Shown here piece after piece: positions 1 through 11,793 of a stretch of DNA of 64,000 nt. Position numbers and translations under genes: made by a program. The notes beneath the pieces were generated by a model. The model ran no database searches, was not told the DNA's origin, and worked only from the letters and a program-made list of their open reading frames with translations. Source of the stretch: Scenedesmus sp. PABB004 (Eukaryota); assembly GCA_014905635.1 (NCBI GenBank), contig JABVCE010000014.1, positions 124,001 to 188,000 on the forward strand, written 5' to 3'. Every line of letters starts with the position of its first letter. Within the stretch, counting starts at the first letter, position 1.

Positions 1-3000
1 CCGACGCGCGCGTGCGCTCACTCTGGGTCGACCCGCGCGGCCGCCACGTGCTGCTGGGCGTGAAGACGAGCAGCCATGTGGAGCTGCTGTACTGGCACAG
101 CAGCTGGACCAAGCCGCGCCCCCTGGGCAAGCTCAAGGGCCTCGCTGTGAGCGCCGTGGGCTGGCAGAAGCAGCCCGCGGGCGGCGGCGGCGGGCAGGAG
201 CCAGAGGCGGAGGACGAGCTCGCTCTGGCCACCGGGTGAGCCTTAGGGGGGCGGGCGGCTGCATCGCGCGCGCCGGCAGCAGCGCCGCCGGCGCCGGCAG
301 CGCCCCCTCGCGCCGCCGCCTCACCCCCGCGCCGCGCAGGGACGTGCTGCTCGGCAGCGAGAGCGGGTCGCTGCACGTGACGGCGCAGGACGCGCGCGTC
401 AAAAAGGAGGGCGCGAGCACGCTGCTGCTGGACTTTAAGGACAAGCGCAAGTGCGTGCCACGCCGCGCGCGCTCAGGCGGGGCGGGGCGGCAGCGGCGGC
501 GCGACAGGCGGCGGCGGGGCAGGTGCGCGGCGCGAGCCGCCCGCGGCGCCTCCGCTCGCAGGGCCATCACGGCTGTGGAGCAGGAGGTGCTGCCGGGCGG
601 GCGGCGCCTGGTGCTGCTGGCCACGCCGTCGGCGCTGTTTGTCGCAGTCGGCGGCCCGGGGCTGCAGGGCGCGCTGGCACGGTGCGCTGCGCGGCGTGCG
701 CGGGGCTGCGCCGCCGCCGCAGGCGCAGGCGCAGGCGCTGGCTGCGGCCGCTAAAAGACCCCCCCCCCCCCCCCGCGCGCGTGCGCGCAGGTTTGCGCCA
801 GGCGGCGCGTCGTGGGAGCCGCTGCTGGAGGTGGTCTCGCCGTCCATGCACAGCACGCTGCGCCTGCTGCGGTGAGGCGGGGGGGGGGGGGGGGGCAGCG
901 GGCTCTGCGGCGCGCGGCGCCGTGGGCGTCCACGCCCGGCCCGGCCCGCCGCCGACGCCGGCTCCGCCGCCCGCGCCGCGCCGCCGCGCCCCCTGCAGCG
1001 GCGCGGGCGACGTGGGCGCGCTGCCGGGGCGCTTTGCGTGGCTCGTGGGCGGCATGCTGCTGCACGGCCACCTGCTGCTGGACGAGCTCGCCGGCGACGC
1101 GAGCGTGGATGACGGCGGCGAGCTGGTCGGCGACATGCGCCAGCTCGCGCTCGCCGGCGCGGGCGGCAGCCCCGAGGACGAGCCGCACGACCTGGTGCGC
1201 CGCGGCGGCGACGGCGCTCGCCCGCCCAGCTCGCAGCACGCGCGACGGGCTCGCGGCCAGCTCTCCCTCTCGGGGGCGCCGCGCCCTGCCGCTGAGCCCT
1301 GCCCTGCGCTCGACTGGCACTGCTCGTCTCTCCCCGCCCCGCCCGCAGGCGGTGAGCGAGCATCACTACCTGGTGCTGTATGCCGACCGCCTGGCGGCGG
1401 TCAACCAGGTCAGCGGGCGCGTCGCCGCCGAGGTGGCCTGGGGCCCGGGCAGCCACGTCGCGGGGCTCATCGGTGAGCGCGCGCACCGCAGCCCCGGCCT
1501 GCACGCCCGCGGAGGCGGCGCCGGGGGCCGGGGCGGCGCCGCCCTGCGCACGGCCGCGTCCGCCGACCGGCGCACGTCGAGTCACGTCGCATCGCCGTGG
1601 CGCAGGCACGCCGCTGGGGCTGCTGCAGGACCCCGCCGGCGGCGGCGTGAGCCTGTGGAGCGGTGAGGCGCTGCACGACGTCGCGCTGGCCAACGAGGGC
1701 CGCGACATGTGGCGCATCTATCTGGCGCACCAGGTGATCACTGTGACGCCACGCGCCCCAGGCCGCGGGCCGCGGGCCGCAGGTCACGGGCCAGGCCGCG
1801 CCCGGCGGTGCGCCGCCCCCGGCGGCCGCGCGCCGCGTCGCCCCCAGCGGCAGACAGCCCACGCGCGCCGCCCGCGCCCGCCTCCGCCGGCCGCCCGCGC
1901 GCGCGCGCGCGCTCAGGACTATGCCAACGCGCTGAAGCTCGCCGCGGGGGCGGCGCAGCGCGACGCCGTGTATCGCGCGATGGGCGACGCCGCGGCGGCG
2001 GCCGGCGACTGGGCGGCCGCGGGCGCGCGGTACGGGCGCATCGTCGGCGGCGCGCCGCCGTTTGAGGAGCTCGCGCTGACGCTCGTCGAGAGCGGCGCGC
2101 CCGACGCGCTCACAGCATTCCTGACGACCAAGCTGCAGGTCGGCCGGGCCGGGCCGGCGGCAACACGCCCGCGCGGCGGCGCTGGCGCTCCCCCCGCGCG
2201 CCGGCCCGCGCGCCGCCGCCGGCCGACGCGCGCCGCGTGCGGCGCGCACAGGTGCTGGCGCCGGGCGACAAGGCGCAGGCGACGATGGTCGCATCGTGGC
2301 TCACCGAGCTGCTGCTGGACCAAATCAACGCCGACCTGCTCGCCGGCGGGGGCCAGCACACGCCGGCCTACACCCAGCACGTCGCGCAGCTGCGGTGCGC
2401 GCCCCCGCCGCCCGGGGGGAGGGGGGCCTGGGGCGCCGCCCTCCCCCGTGCCGCGCCGCGCTGGCCCCCGGTGGCGTGCGCCCGCGCCCGCGCCGGCGAC
2501 CCCTCCGCGCGCCGGCGGCCCCCTCGCGTCGCCCCGCCAGGTCGTTCCTGAGCGAGCGCGCCGACACGCTCAACTGGGGCACCACCACCGCGCTGCTGGA
2601 GAGCTACGGGCGGCTGGAGGAGCTCGAGGCCTTTGCCGCGGCCAAGGGCGACCAGGAGGCGCTGCTCGAATACCTCATGCGCCACCCCGGCGGCGCGGTC
2701 AGGTGCGCGCCCGCGCCCGCGCCGCCTCTTGCGTCCGCGTTCGCGTCCGCGCCCTGCCTCCTCCTCGGGCGACCGCGCGTCCAGGTACCGAGCGCTGGCG
2801 TACCGAGCGCCGGCGCCCGAGCGTCGCGCCACGCCGCGCCGCGGCGCAGGGCGCTGGGCGTGCTGCGCAAGCCGAGCGTGGGGCCGGCGCTCGTGTACAA
2901 GTGCGCGCCCGAGCTGCTCGCGGCGGCGCCGGGCGAGACGGTGGACCTGCTCATCTCCGCCGGCGCGAGCCTCGACCCGCGCGCGCTGCTGCCGGCGCTC

Positions 3001-4421
3001 GTGCGCTTCGCCGAGCCCGGCACGCCGCGCGCGCGGCGCGAGGAGGCGCTGCGATACATAAGCTTCGCCATCGACCAGCTCCAGTGCGACGACAGGTGCG
3101 CGCCCGCGCCCGCGCCCGCGCGGCGGCGCGCCCTCTGAATTCGAGCTGACGCCCCCCCCCCCCCCCCGCGCCCCGCCCGCCCGCTGCCGCGACGGGACGC
3201 GCGACGCGACGCGCGCGGCCGCAGCGCGGTGGCCAACCTCGCGGTCGCGCTGCTGTCGCTGGACGAGGAGGGCGAGGGGCGGCTGCTCGAGTTCCTGGCG
3301 CGCGCGCGCGGCCCGGGGCGGCGCCCCTGTACGACACCAAGTACGCGCTGCGCCTCGCCAAGGCGCGCGGCAGGTGCGGCGGCGCTGTGTGTGTGTGTGG
3401 GGGGGGGGGGCTGCAGGGCTCCTGCTCGAGGCCCCCCGCTTCGCTCGCCGCCGCTGCTCGCCGCGGCATGGCGGCGCCGCTGGCTGCGCCCAACCACCGG
3501 CCGCGCCCGCGCCCGTGCCCGGCTGCGCCCGCGCGCGCGCGCGCCACGCACGCAGGCGCCAGGCGTGCGTGCGGCTGCTGTGCGAGCTGGGGCTGTTTGA
3601 GGACGCGGTCGGCCTCGCGCTCGGCGGCGACGGCGGGCGCTGCGACCTGGCGCTCGCGCAGGCGGTCGCGAGCGCGCCGGAGGACGACGACGGCCTGCGG
3701 CGCAAGCTGTGGCTCGCGATCGCAAAGCACGTGGTCCAGGGCGGCGAGCGCGGCGACGACGCGCACGGCGGCGGCGGCGGCGGCGACGACGCGGCGCCCG
3801 GCGGCGACCAGGCGGCGCGCATCAAGCTGGCGGTCGAGTTCCTCAAGGAAGCGGGTGCGCGTCCCCCCTCGAGGGTTGGGTTTGAGGGTTTAGGGTCAAC
3901 CCCTAAACCCACACGCCGACGCATGGGGGGCCGCCGCCGCCGCCACTGCCGCCCGCCCCCTCCCTCCCCTCGGGCCCCGCCCCACGCCTGCCCCGCGCCC
4001 CCGCCCCTGGCCCTCCGCCGCCTGGCCCTCCCGCCCCCGGCCCTGCCTCCCGTGCCACCGCTCTGCCCTCCCGCCCCACCTCTGCCGCGCCGTCCGCCCC
4101 CCTGCCCTTGCGCAGGCGGTCTGTTGGTGATTGAGGACGTGCTGCCCTTCTTCCCCGACTTTGTGACGATCGACAACTTCAAGGGCGCCATCACAGACTC
4201 GCTCGACCGCTACAGCCGGCAGATCGAGGCGCTCAAGGGCGAGATGGACGAGGCAACGGAGATCGCAGGTGTGACCCGCGCCCGCTACAGCCGCGCTTGG
4301 CCGCGCGGCGCGGTGCCGCGCCGCGCGGCCGTTGTGTGTGTGTGCGGGCGGAGCAATCAGCGGCGGCTGTCGCGGCGGCGGGGCCCCGCCCGCGCCCCAA
4401 CGAACCCTCGCCGCCGCCGCC

Positions 4422-4461
<40 letters not shown>

Positions 4462-4794
4462 GCGGCCGCCGCCGCCGCGTCGCCGCGCGGCAGAGGCGGT
4501 GCGGCGCGACCTGCGGCTCCTGGGCAGCCGCGCGGCGGTGGTGTCGAGCCGGCAGACGTGCGCGGCGTGCGGGCGCGCGATCCTCGACCCGCCGCCCAAC
4601 CCGCGCGGCCTGCCGGATGGCGGCGCGGTGCCGCCCTTCTACCTCTTCCCCACGGGCCAGGCCTTCCATATCCTCTGCGCCGCGGGCGAGGTCGTCGCGT
4701 ACGGCGGCGAGGCGCGCGCCGGCCGCGTGCGCAAGCTGCTCGGCAAGCTCGCGCGCGCGGAGCCGGCGCCGCCCGGCGGCCAGGCGTGCGGCGA

Positions 4795-4828
<34 letters not shown>

Positions 4829-5056
4829 AAGGCGCGGCTCAGAGGCGGCGCCGGCGGCAGCGAGCGGGGCGGCGGCCGCGACGGCGCCGGCGCTGGCACC
4901 GGCGGCGGCGGCGGCGTGGCGGCGCTGGCGGCGCGGCTGGAGGAGGAGGTCGGCGGCGAGGACCCGTGGAACGGGGAGCTGCTGGCGCGCGTGATCGACA
5001 TGCCCTTTGTGCAGCCCGACGGCGAGGCGGAGGAGGTGGAGAGCTGGCGCATCTGA
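1..5056 (+). CDS. VPS18: Vacuolar protein sorting 18 (Pep3/VPS18, HOPS/CORVET core subunit), multi-exon, 5' end outside window
   Basis: Spliced exons give VRSLWVDPRGRHVL...KPRPLGKLKG, SEHHYLVLY, NEGRDMWRIYL, PFEELAL, WLTELLLDQIN, LYDTKYALRL, RRKLWLAIAKHVV, IEDVLPFFPDFVTIDNFKGAI and a C-terminal RING-like CAACGR...FYLFPTGQAFHILC; about 14 GT-AG introns; stop TGA at 5054-5056. Apparent 1-nt frameshift near 3311-3328. Confidence 0.93.
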
Positions 5057-5065
5057 GCGCTCGCG

Positions 5066-5070
5066 TGTAA
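5066..5070 (+). promoter_or_regulatory. Putative chlorophyte polyadenylation signal TGTAA after VPS18
   Basis: TGTAA 10 nt after the stop; the motif is rare in this GC-rich sequence, but it is unusually close to the stop. Confidence 0.4.
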
Positions 5071-5822
5071 AGGCCGGCCGGGCGCGCCGGCGGCACGTGC
5101 GGCGCTGGCGGGTGTGCTGCCCGCTGGGCGGCGGCAGGACGAGGCGGCGCCAGGCACGGCGCTCGCGGCCAGTCGCGAGCGGTCACGCGACGCAGGGACA
5201 GCGACCGCTCGTTGGCGCGCGGGGTCTTGTCGCTCGGGCAGCTGGGGAGGCGGAGCAACCTCTTCACCCACGCTCGCGCGCGGGACGGCGTTGAGTCGTG
5301 GCCTGCGCACGCGCGAGCTCCCACCAACAACTGTCATCCCCGCGCCCGTGCAGCCTCCAGCGCACGCGCGACCGCCCACTCAAGCTCAAGCCGACAGCGG
5401 CCGAGCCCGCTGCGTGTTGCGCGGCGGCCACGACAGCGGCCCCCTTGCCTGCCGGGCCAACTGAGCCACGCAGGGCGGCCAACAGAGTGCGGACGGCACG
5501 CTGCAACAGGTGCGGGGCCACCCGCACGCCACTAGCCCACGCGGCCGCCTCGCGCCGCGCGGCGCCGCCTGGGTGGCCCAGCGTGCAAGTTTGTGCTCCT
5601 CCTGTGCCAGCGCGCGGTGTTTTGGCAGGGTCACGGCGCACGCGGCGCACGACGAGGCTGCCGTGGCCGGCGCCGCGCTGGCCACCGGCGTGCCCAGCGC
5701 CTGCGCGCAGCGCCCATCGTTCACGCCCGCGCGTCCGCTCGCCCTGCTGCGCTGCCGCCGCGCCCGCCACTGCCGCGCAGGGCCCGCGCGTGCTGGGAGT
5801 GAAGCCGGCGCTGACGACGACC

Positions 5823-7143
5823 ATGGCGACGGCAGGTGAGTGTTGCGGTGGCTGGAGCGGCAGCGGCGCGGCGCCCGCACCGCGCGCACCGGCGGGGTGC
5901 TTGACCGCCATGCCGTGCCGCACTGCGGCCGACCACGCCGCGCCCGCCCCCCGCGCCGCAGACGCGCTGCCCGCGCAGGCCGTCGCCGCGCCGGGCCTGA
6001 GCAAGGCCGCCGCCGACGCGCCGGCGTTCCCCGCTGCTGCCGCCTCCAGCGGCAACTCGGCCGACACCGGCGCGCACCACCTCGCCGCCGGCGCGCACGC
6101 CAGCACCAGCACCAGCCGACAGGCGACGGCGCCGGCGCTGGCGGCGCCCGCGTCGCCGCCCTCGCCGCCGGCCGCGGCGCCCGCCGCGGAGCCGGCCGCG
6201 GTCGAGCTGCCGCCGCTCGCGCCGCCGACGCCGCCGGGCGCGGACGAGCCGCCCGCGGTGCACGCTGAGTATGCTGCCTACCTGGCGCGCTTCGAGGCTG
6301 GCGACACGCTCGCGCAGCGCTGGCACCGCCTCGCCGCGGCCGGCCGGCTGCAGGGCGTGCGGCAGGAGTGGGACGACTGGCAGCACGACCTGCTGCTGCT
6401 GCAGCTGCAGGCGCAGCTCGCGGGCGGCCGCGGCAAGCGCCGCCGGCAGGACGAGGCCGCCGAGGCCGATGCGGACGCCCCCGCCAGGTGCGCGCGCGGT
6501 CGACCGTCGCGCGCGCGCCGCGCGCCCCGCCGCCCCCGCCGCCGCGCGCGCGCAGCAGCCCTCACCGCCCCGCGCCCGCCCGCGCGCCCGCAGACGCGCA
6601 ACCGGCGCGCGCCCAGCGCCCTGCAGGACTATCAGCTGGAGGCCCCGGCGGCCCCGGCGGCGGCGCGGCCAGCCCCGGCAGCCGCGAGGCCACGCCCGGC
6701 GGCCACGCCGCGGCGCACGCGGCCGGCGGCGGCGAGCCCGCGTCGGACGACGACGGCAGCTACAGCGAGGGCGCGGAGCACGAGCCGCACGCGCGGCCGG
6801 CGCGCGGCGCGGCGCGCGCGCGCGGCGCCGCCGGCGCGCGGGCGCGCGCGCCGCGCGGGCAGGCCGCGCGCGCGCGGCCGCGGCGGCGGCCGCCGCGGCG
6901 CAGCAGGCAGCGTGGGGGCGCTGGGCCGCGGGGCAGCAGCAGCAGGCCGCCGCGCTGCTGGGCGCCGGCCTGACCCCCGAGCTCATGGGCCAGCTGTACA
7001 GCATGGGTGCCCAGATCGGCTCCGCCGCGTCCGGCGCCGGCGGCGCAGGCGCGGCCGCGCCGCCCGCGGCCGCGATGGCGGCTGCGATGGAGATGTGCGC
7101 CCGCATGTGGGGCGGCGGCGTGCCCGCGCAGCAGGGCGCGTGA
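5823..7143 (+). CDS. Hypothetical low-complexity protein with several apparent frameshifts
   Basis: ATGGCGACGGCAG|GTGAGT first exon; coding-like segments AEYAAYLARFEAGDTLAQRWHRL...EWDDWQHDLLL, TRNRRAPSALQDYQLE and LTPELMGQLYSMGAQIG...QQGA* lie in different frames. Confidence 0.55.
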
Positions 7144-7752
7144 GCCGCGCGGGCCGAGCACCCGGACGCCTGGGGTGGGGGCAGGGCAGACAGGAACGGC
7201 GGGGGCTGGGTGGGTGCGTGCGCCTAGGCAGAGCAGGCTGTGGGCCCCGCAGGTTTGGCTGCCGCCCTCGGCGCGCTGGCATGGGCTCGGGCAACGGCGC
7301 CCGCATTGCAGTTGGCGAGTGCTCCGGCTCGTTTTTCCCCATGCACTTCGCAGTGCTGCGAGCGCGCCCCCCGCAAACGGGCGCGCGCTGCACTGGGCCA
7401 GTGTGGCTGTCCCAACGAGCTGCACCGGACGGCAACGCACGGCCGCGCGGACCGCAGGTGCAGTGCTGGGCACGCGTGGGGCACGCGTGGGCGCGGCGCG
7501 TGCAGGCCCCGCCCCGGGCCCGAGGTTTTGCAGGCCTAGATCGGAAGGGCGGCGGCGGGGCGGGGGCGATGTGCCGCCGGCCTGGTGTGTGTGTCTAGCG
7601 CAGCACGGTCTTGGTGGTGGCGGCGGCGGATTCAACGCCCGCGCGGCGTGTGTGCGTGCATTAGGGCTGCTCGCGCGGTCCATTGGCGGCTCGCCGCGAC
7701 GGCGTGCGGCGCGGGGTGCGGTCGCGCGCACGGAGTCCCGTCGTCGGCGTCC

Positions 7753-7757
7753 TTACA
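7753..7757 (-). promoter_or_regulatory. Putative TGTAA poly(A) signal of the S28 peptidase gene
   Basis: TTACA on + strand, about 385 nt downstream of the minus-strand stop at 8141. Confidence 0.5.
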
Positions 7758-8140
7758 ACAGTTTGTGTCGTGCTTTTGTGCGCGTGTGGTGCGGGAGGAG
7801 CACGGCGGGGGCCGCCGCGTGCGTGCATCGGGTTCACAGGGGCTCACGGGGGGTTCACAAGGGACAGGCGGGACGTCACGCTGCAACCGATACGGTCAAG
7901 AGACGGCGGCCGCGATCAGCCGGCTGCCAGGAGCGCGCGCGTGCGTTGGAGGCTGAAGCCCAGCCCAAGGCGGCTGCAAGCAGGTCAGTCGCGCAGCCGG
8001 CAAAAAACTGCACATCATGAAATGAGCAGAGCAGGCGTCGGGTCAAACGTCGGGTCAGGCAAACAAACGTTCCAGGGCGGTCCCGGTCTTGGTCCCGGCG
8101 CTGCCGGTCGTCAGCCACGTGGGCGCGCGGCGCGGCCGGG

Positions 8141-11100
8141 TCACTTTGTGCGCGCGAGCCTGGCGGCGGTGGTCATCGCGAGCGTGCGATAGAACTTGTA
8201 GATCCCAGTCTCGACGGGCAGCGGGTTGGCCCAGTTGTACGTGTGCGTGTCTGCCGCCGGCGCAGCCGGTCGCGCGAGGCGGGCGGGGCGGTCGCGTTGG
8301 CGGCGGGCGCGCTGCGCGCGCGCGCGCGCGCAGCCAGCCCCCCCCCCTCTCCCGCGCGCCGCACCGGTGCAGTGGCTGGCGCCCTCGTACTGCACGAAGC
8401 TCAGCCGCGGGTCGGCGCTCAGCGGCGTCGCCGGCGGCTTGCCCCAGCCGCCGCCGGCCCAAGCATCAAGGCTCCCTTGGGTAAAAACGACGGCCCCCGC
8501 CGCCTTGACCAGGGCCAGTGTGTCCGTCATCAGCTTCGGCGCCGCGAGCGGCGGCACGCCGGCGCCAAACACGGCGTTGCAGTCGGACGCGAGCAGCGAC
8601 GCGGGCACGTCGTACGCCGGCGAGACGCCCGAGGTGCTGCCGTCGCAGGGCAGGCCGGAGCTGTAGACCGACCCCTGCGTGCAGCACTGCGCGGCGCGGC
8701 GCGGGGCCGCGGCGTCAGACCCAGCCCACGCGACCGCGTGGTCCGGACCATGCTGCCCCTGGTTCACAGCCATGCCCTGAACCCTGCCCTGAACCCTGAA
8801 CCCTGCGCGGCCGCGCCTGGTAGGAGTAGGCCACGATGTCAGGGTCGTCCGAGATCGTGACGAGCGGCGACACCTCGGCGCACCACGACGCGGAGCTGTT
8901 GCTGCTCCAGTAGGCGTACGCCTGCGCGACCGCGTCCAGCGGCGACCCGCCCGGCGCGGCCGCGCCGGCGGCGAGGATGCGGCACGTCACGTTCATGGTG
9001 CCGAAGAGCGGGAGCTGGTCGTTGAGCTGCGGCCGCGGGCGCGGGCGCGTCAGCGGGCGCAGCCACAGCTCAGAGCGCTCTAGCGCTCGACTTGGCTCGG
9101 CTCGGCTGAGCTCCGCTGAGCTCCGCTCCGCTCCGCTCCGCTCAGGTCAGCTGGGCTCGGCTCGGGTCACAGCCTGAGGGCAGGCCAGCCTCGGCGCACC
9201 TGCACCCAGTTGTGGAACTGGCCATATATGTCCATGTAGGCTGCAAAGCCGCCCGCCTCGTCCTTGAGCACAGCGGCGGCGGAGCTGTTGCAGATGCGGA
9301 ACGTCTGCACGAGCTTCACCCGCCCCGCGGGCGTCTTGCTCAGCGCCATCGCCTCGTCGAGCCCGGCGCGCGCGACCGCGACGCACCTGGCGCGGGCGCG
9401 GCGCGGGCGCGGCGGGGCGGCTGTGGGCGCCGGGGCCGGCGCCCCCGCGCGGCGGGCGGCGCGCCGAGGCCCGTGTGCGCGCGCGCGCTCTCCCGCGCGG
9501 CCGCGCGCGCCGCCGGCGCCGCACTTGTTGCCGCCCCCGGCGCGCAGGCTGTCGGCGATGACGTTGTGATACTGCTGCGACGTGGCCGCCCACTGCTGGG
9601 TGCCAAACACATAGTCCACCGGCCTGCGCCGCGCACGCGGCGGTGAGCGGACGGGCCCACGGCGCGCGCGGGCCACGTGCGCGGGGGTCGCACCCGCTCG
9701 CGGCGATGGCGGAGTTGAAGACCGTGGGCTTGGCGACGCGGTGATACGTCGCGAGCATGCCGCCTGGTCCGAGGAGCAAGCCCCGAGGGGGCGGCCCGGG
9801 CGGCGGCGGCGCGGCGTGTGAGGCGAGCGCGCGCGAGAGCGCACGCGCGCGCGCGGGCCCGGCCCGGGCGCCGCGCACCGTACGAGCCGCCCAGGACGAT
9901 CGCGGGCGTGGCCGCGGGCACGCGGCGCGACTTGCGCACGGCGGCAAGCACGGTCGCGGTGTCTTCGATGACCTGCTCCACCGTCAGCCATTTGTACTCT
10001 GGGGTGGGCAGCTGCCCGCTCGGGGGCACCGGGAAGGGCACGGACTCGCCATAGTAGCTGCGCGCGCGCGCGGCGCGGGCGGGCGGCGCGGCGTGCCGCG
10101 TGACGCGCGCGGCGGCGGCGGCGGCGGAGGCGGGAGGGGGAGCCCTGCGCGCGCGCGAGCGCGGCACGGCGCGGCGCGGCCGCACCGGTGCTCGACGAGC
10201 AGGACGAGCGCGTTGAGGCGCGCCGCGTTCTCAAACACGATCGGCTGCTTGGGCACGCCGAGGGGGCCCTCGTTGCCGAGGAACACGACCACGTTACCGA
10301 GCACCGCCTGCGCGCGCCTGTCGCGCGGCCACGTCGCGTCGCACACCCAGTAGACCTGCGCGGCGGCGGCGGCGGCGCGGTGTGTGGCGCGGCGCCGGCG
10401 GGCGCCGCTGCGCGGGCGCGGCCCGCGGGAGGAGTGGGGCCCTGCCTCGCGCGGGCGCGGGCGCGGGCGCGGGTGCGGGCGCGCGCGCCTGGTTGAAGGT
10501 CCGGCGGTCGGCGGGGTTGAAGTGGTCGAGGCGCTGCGTGAAGTTGAAGTCCTCGCACTTGAACTGCTCAAACACCGGCGGCGCCGCATTGGCGGCAGCG
10601 TACGCCGAGTTGAGAGTGTAGCCGCCGGCGGGGTCAAACGCCTTCGCGCAGTACCTGGCGCGGCGCGGCGCGGCGCGGCGGCGGCGGCGGGGGTGAGTGG
10701 CCGGCGGCACGCGCGGCCGCGCGGCTGCGGGGCCGCACCCCGGCAGCGCGGCGCAGAGGCCGCCGGTGCCGTTGATCGCGGCGACGAGCGCCGCCTCGAG
10801 CTCCGGCGCGCCCCAGTACTCGACGAGCGAGGTGTGGTTGCACACGCTGCCGGCGACGACGCTGTCCGCGGCAAAGGTCTGCAGGCGGCTGGTCGTGACC
10901 ACGACGTAGCCGCGGTACAGCAGCGCGCCGTAGCGGGCCCGGATGTCCTCGTCGAGCCAGAGGCTGATCTTGGAGTCGGAGAGGCACTTTGGCACGCGCG
11001 GCTCGCCCGCGGGCGTGGGCGCGGTCACGAGCTGGGTGATGGTGAAGAAGATGCTCCGCGGCGGGCGCGGGTGGTGGCCCTTGCCGCCACCGTGCGCGAC

Positions 11101-11562
11101 GGTCGCGGCGCCGGGCGGCGGCGCGAGCGCCGCGGCGGCCGCGGCGCGCGCGGCTGCGCGGGCGCGCGCGCGCGCGGCGGCGGCGGCGGCGGGCGGCGGG
11201 CGCGGCGCGGCGGCGATTGCGGCGGTTTGAGGGGAGCGCGCGCCGCGGCGCAGCGGGGGGCTCTCTCGGCCGGCGTCACCGGCAGCTCGCGCCGCTGCTC
11301 CACACGCGCGCCGCCGCCGCCGCTCACCGCGCAGCTCGCGCAAGGCGTCGGCGTCGGAGGTGATGGAGGCCTCTCCGGTGTAGCTGCGGGCGCGCAGAGC
11401 GGGCCACGTGAGCGGCGAGGCGAGCGGCGGCGCAGAGCTGCGTCGTCGCCGCAAGCCCGCGCCGCCAGCTCACGCGTCGCTGACGCCCGCCGCGTCGGCG
11501 TGAAGGGCCAGACCCAGAGCGAGAGCCAGGGCACACAGCAGCGCGGCTCGCGGACCAGCCAT
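8141..11562 (-). CDS. Secreted/vacuolar serine peptidase family S28 (lysosomal Pro-X carboxypeptidase-like) with N-terminal extension
   Basis: Signal peptide MAGPRAALLCALALALGLALHADA; FTQRLDHFN...TFNQ|VYW, FLGNEGPL, VEHR|YYGESVPF, LTVEQVIED, catalytic GGSY|GGML, FTQGSLDAW (Asp), GASHCT|D (His). Confidence 0.88.
9066..9170. repeat. Degenerate pentamer (GCTCG/GCTCC)n microsatellite in an S28 intron
   Basis: gctcggctcggctgagctccgctgagctccgctccgctccgctccgctcagg...gctcggctcgg. Confidence 0.8.
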
Positions 11563-11793
11563 TTCGGCGCGCGGTACTGTCGAAGCTCAGGGCAGCGCGC
11601 TCGCAGTGCGCGCAGATCGGGGGTCCGGCGCGGGTCGCGTCTGTGGCGCGGGTCAATAGCGGTCACAATGGCGGTACCGTCAGGCTTGGCGGGGGCTCGG
11701 GCGCGGCGCAGAGCAGCAGCCAAAACACGCGGAGGGCTTGTCGTCCCGCCCACCCGCGCGCCCGGTGCTTCGTGCGCGCCCAGATCGCCGCTC

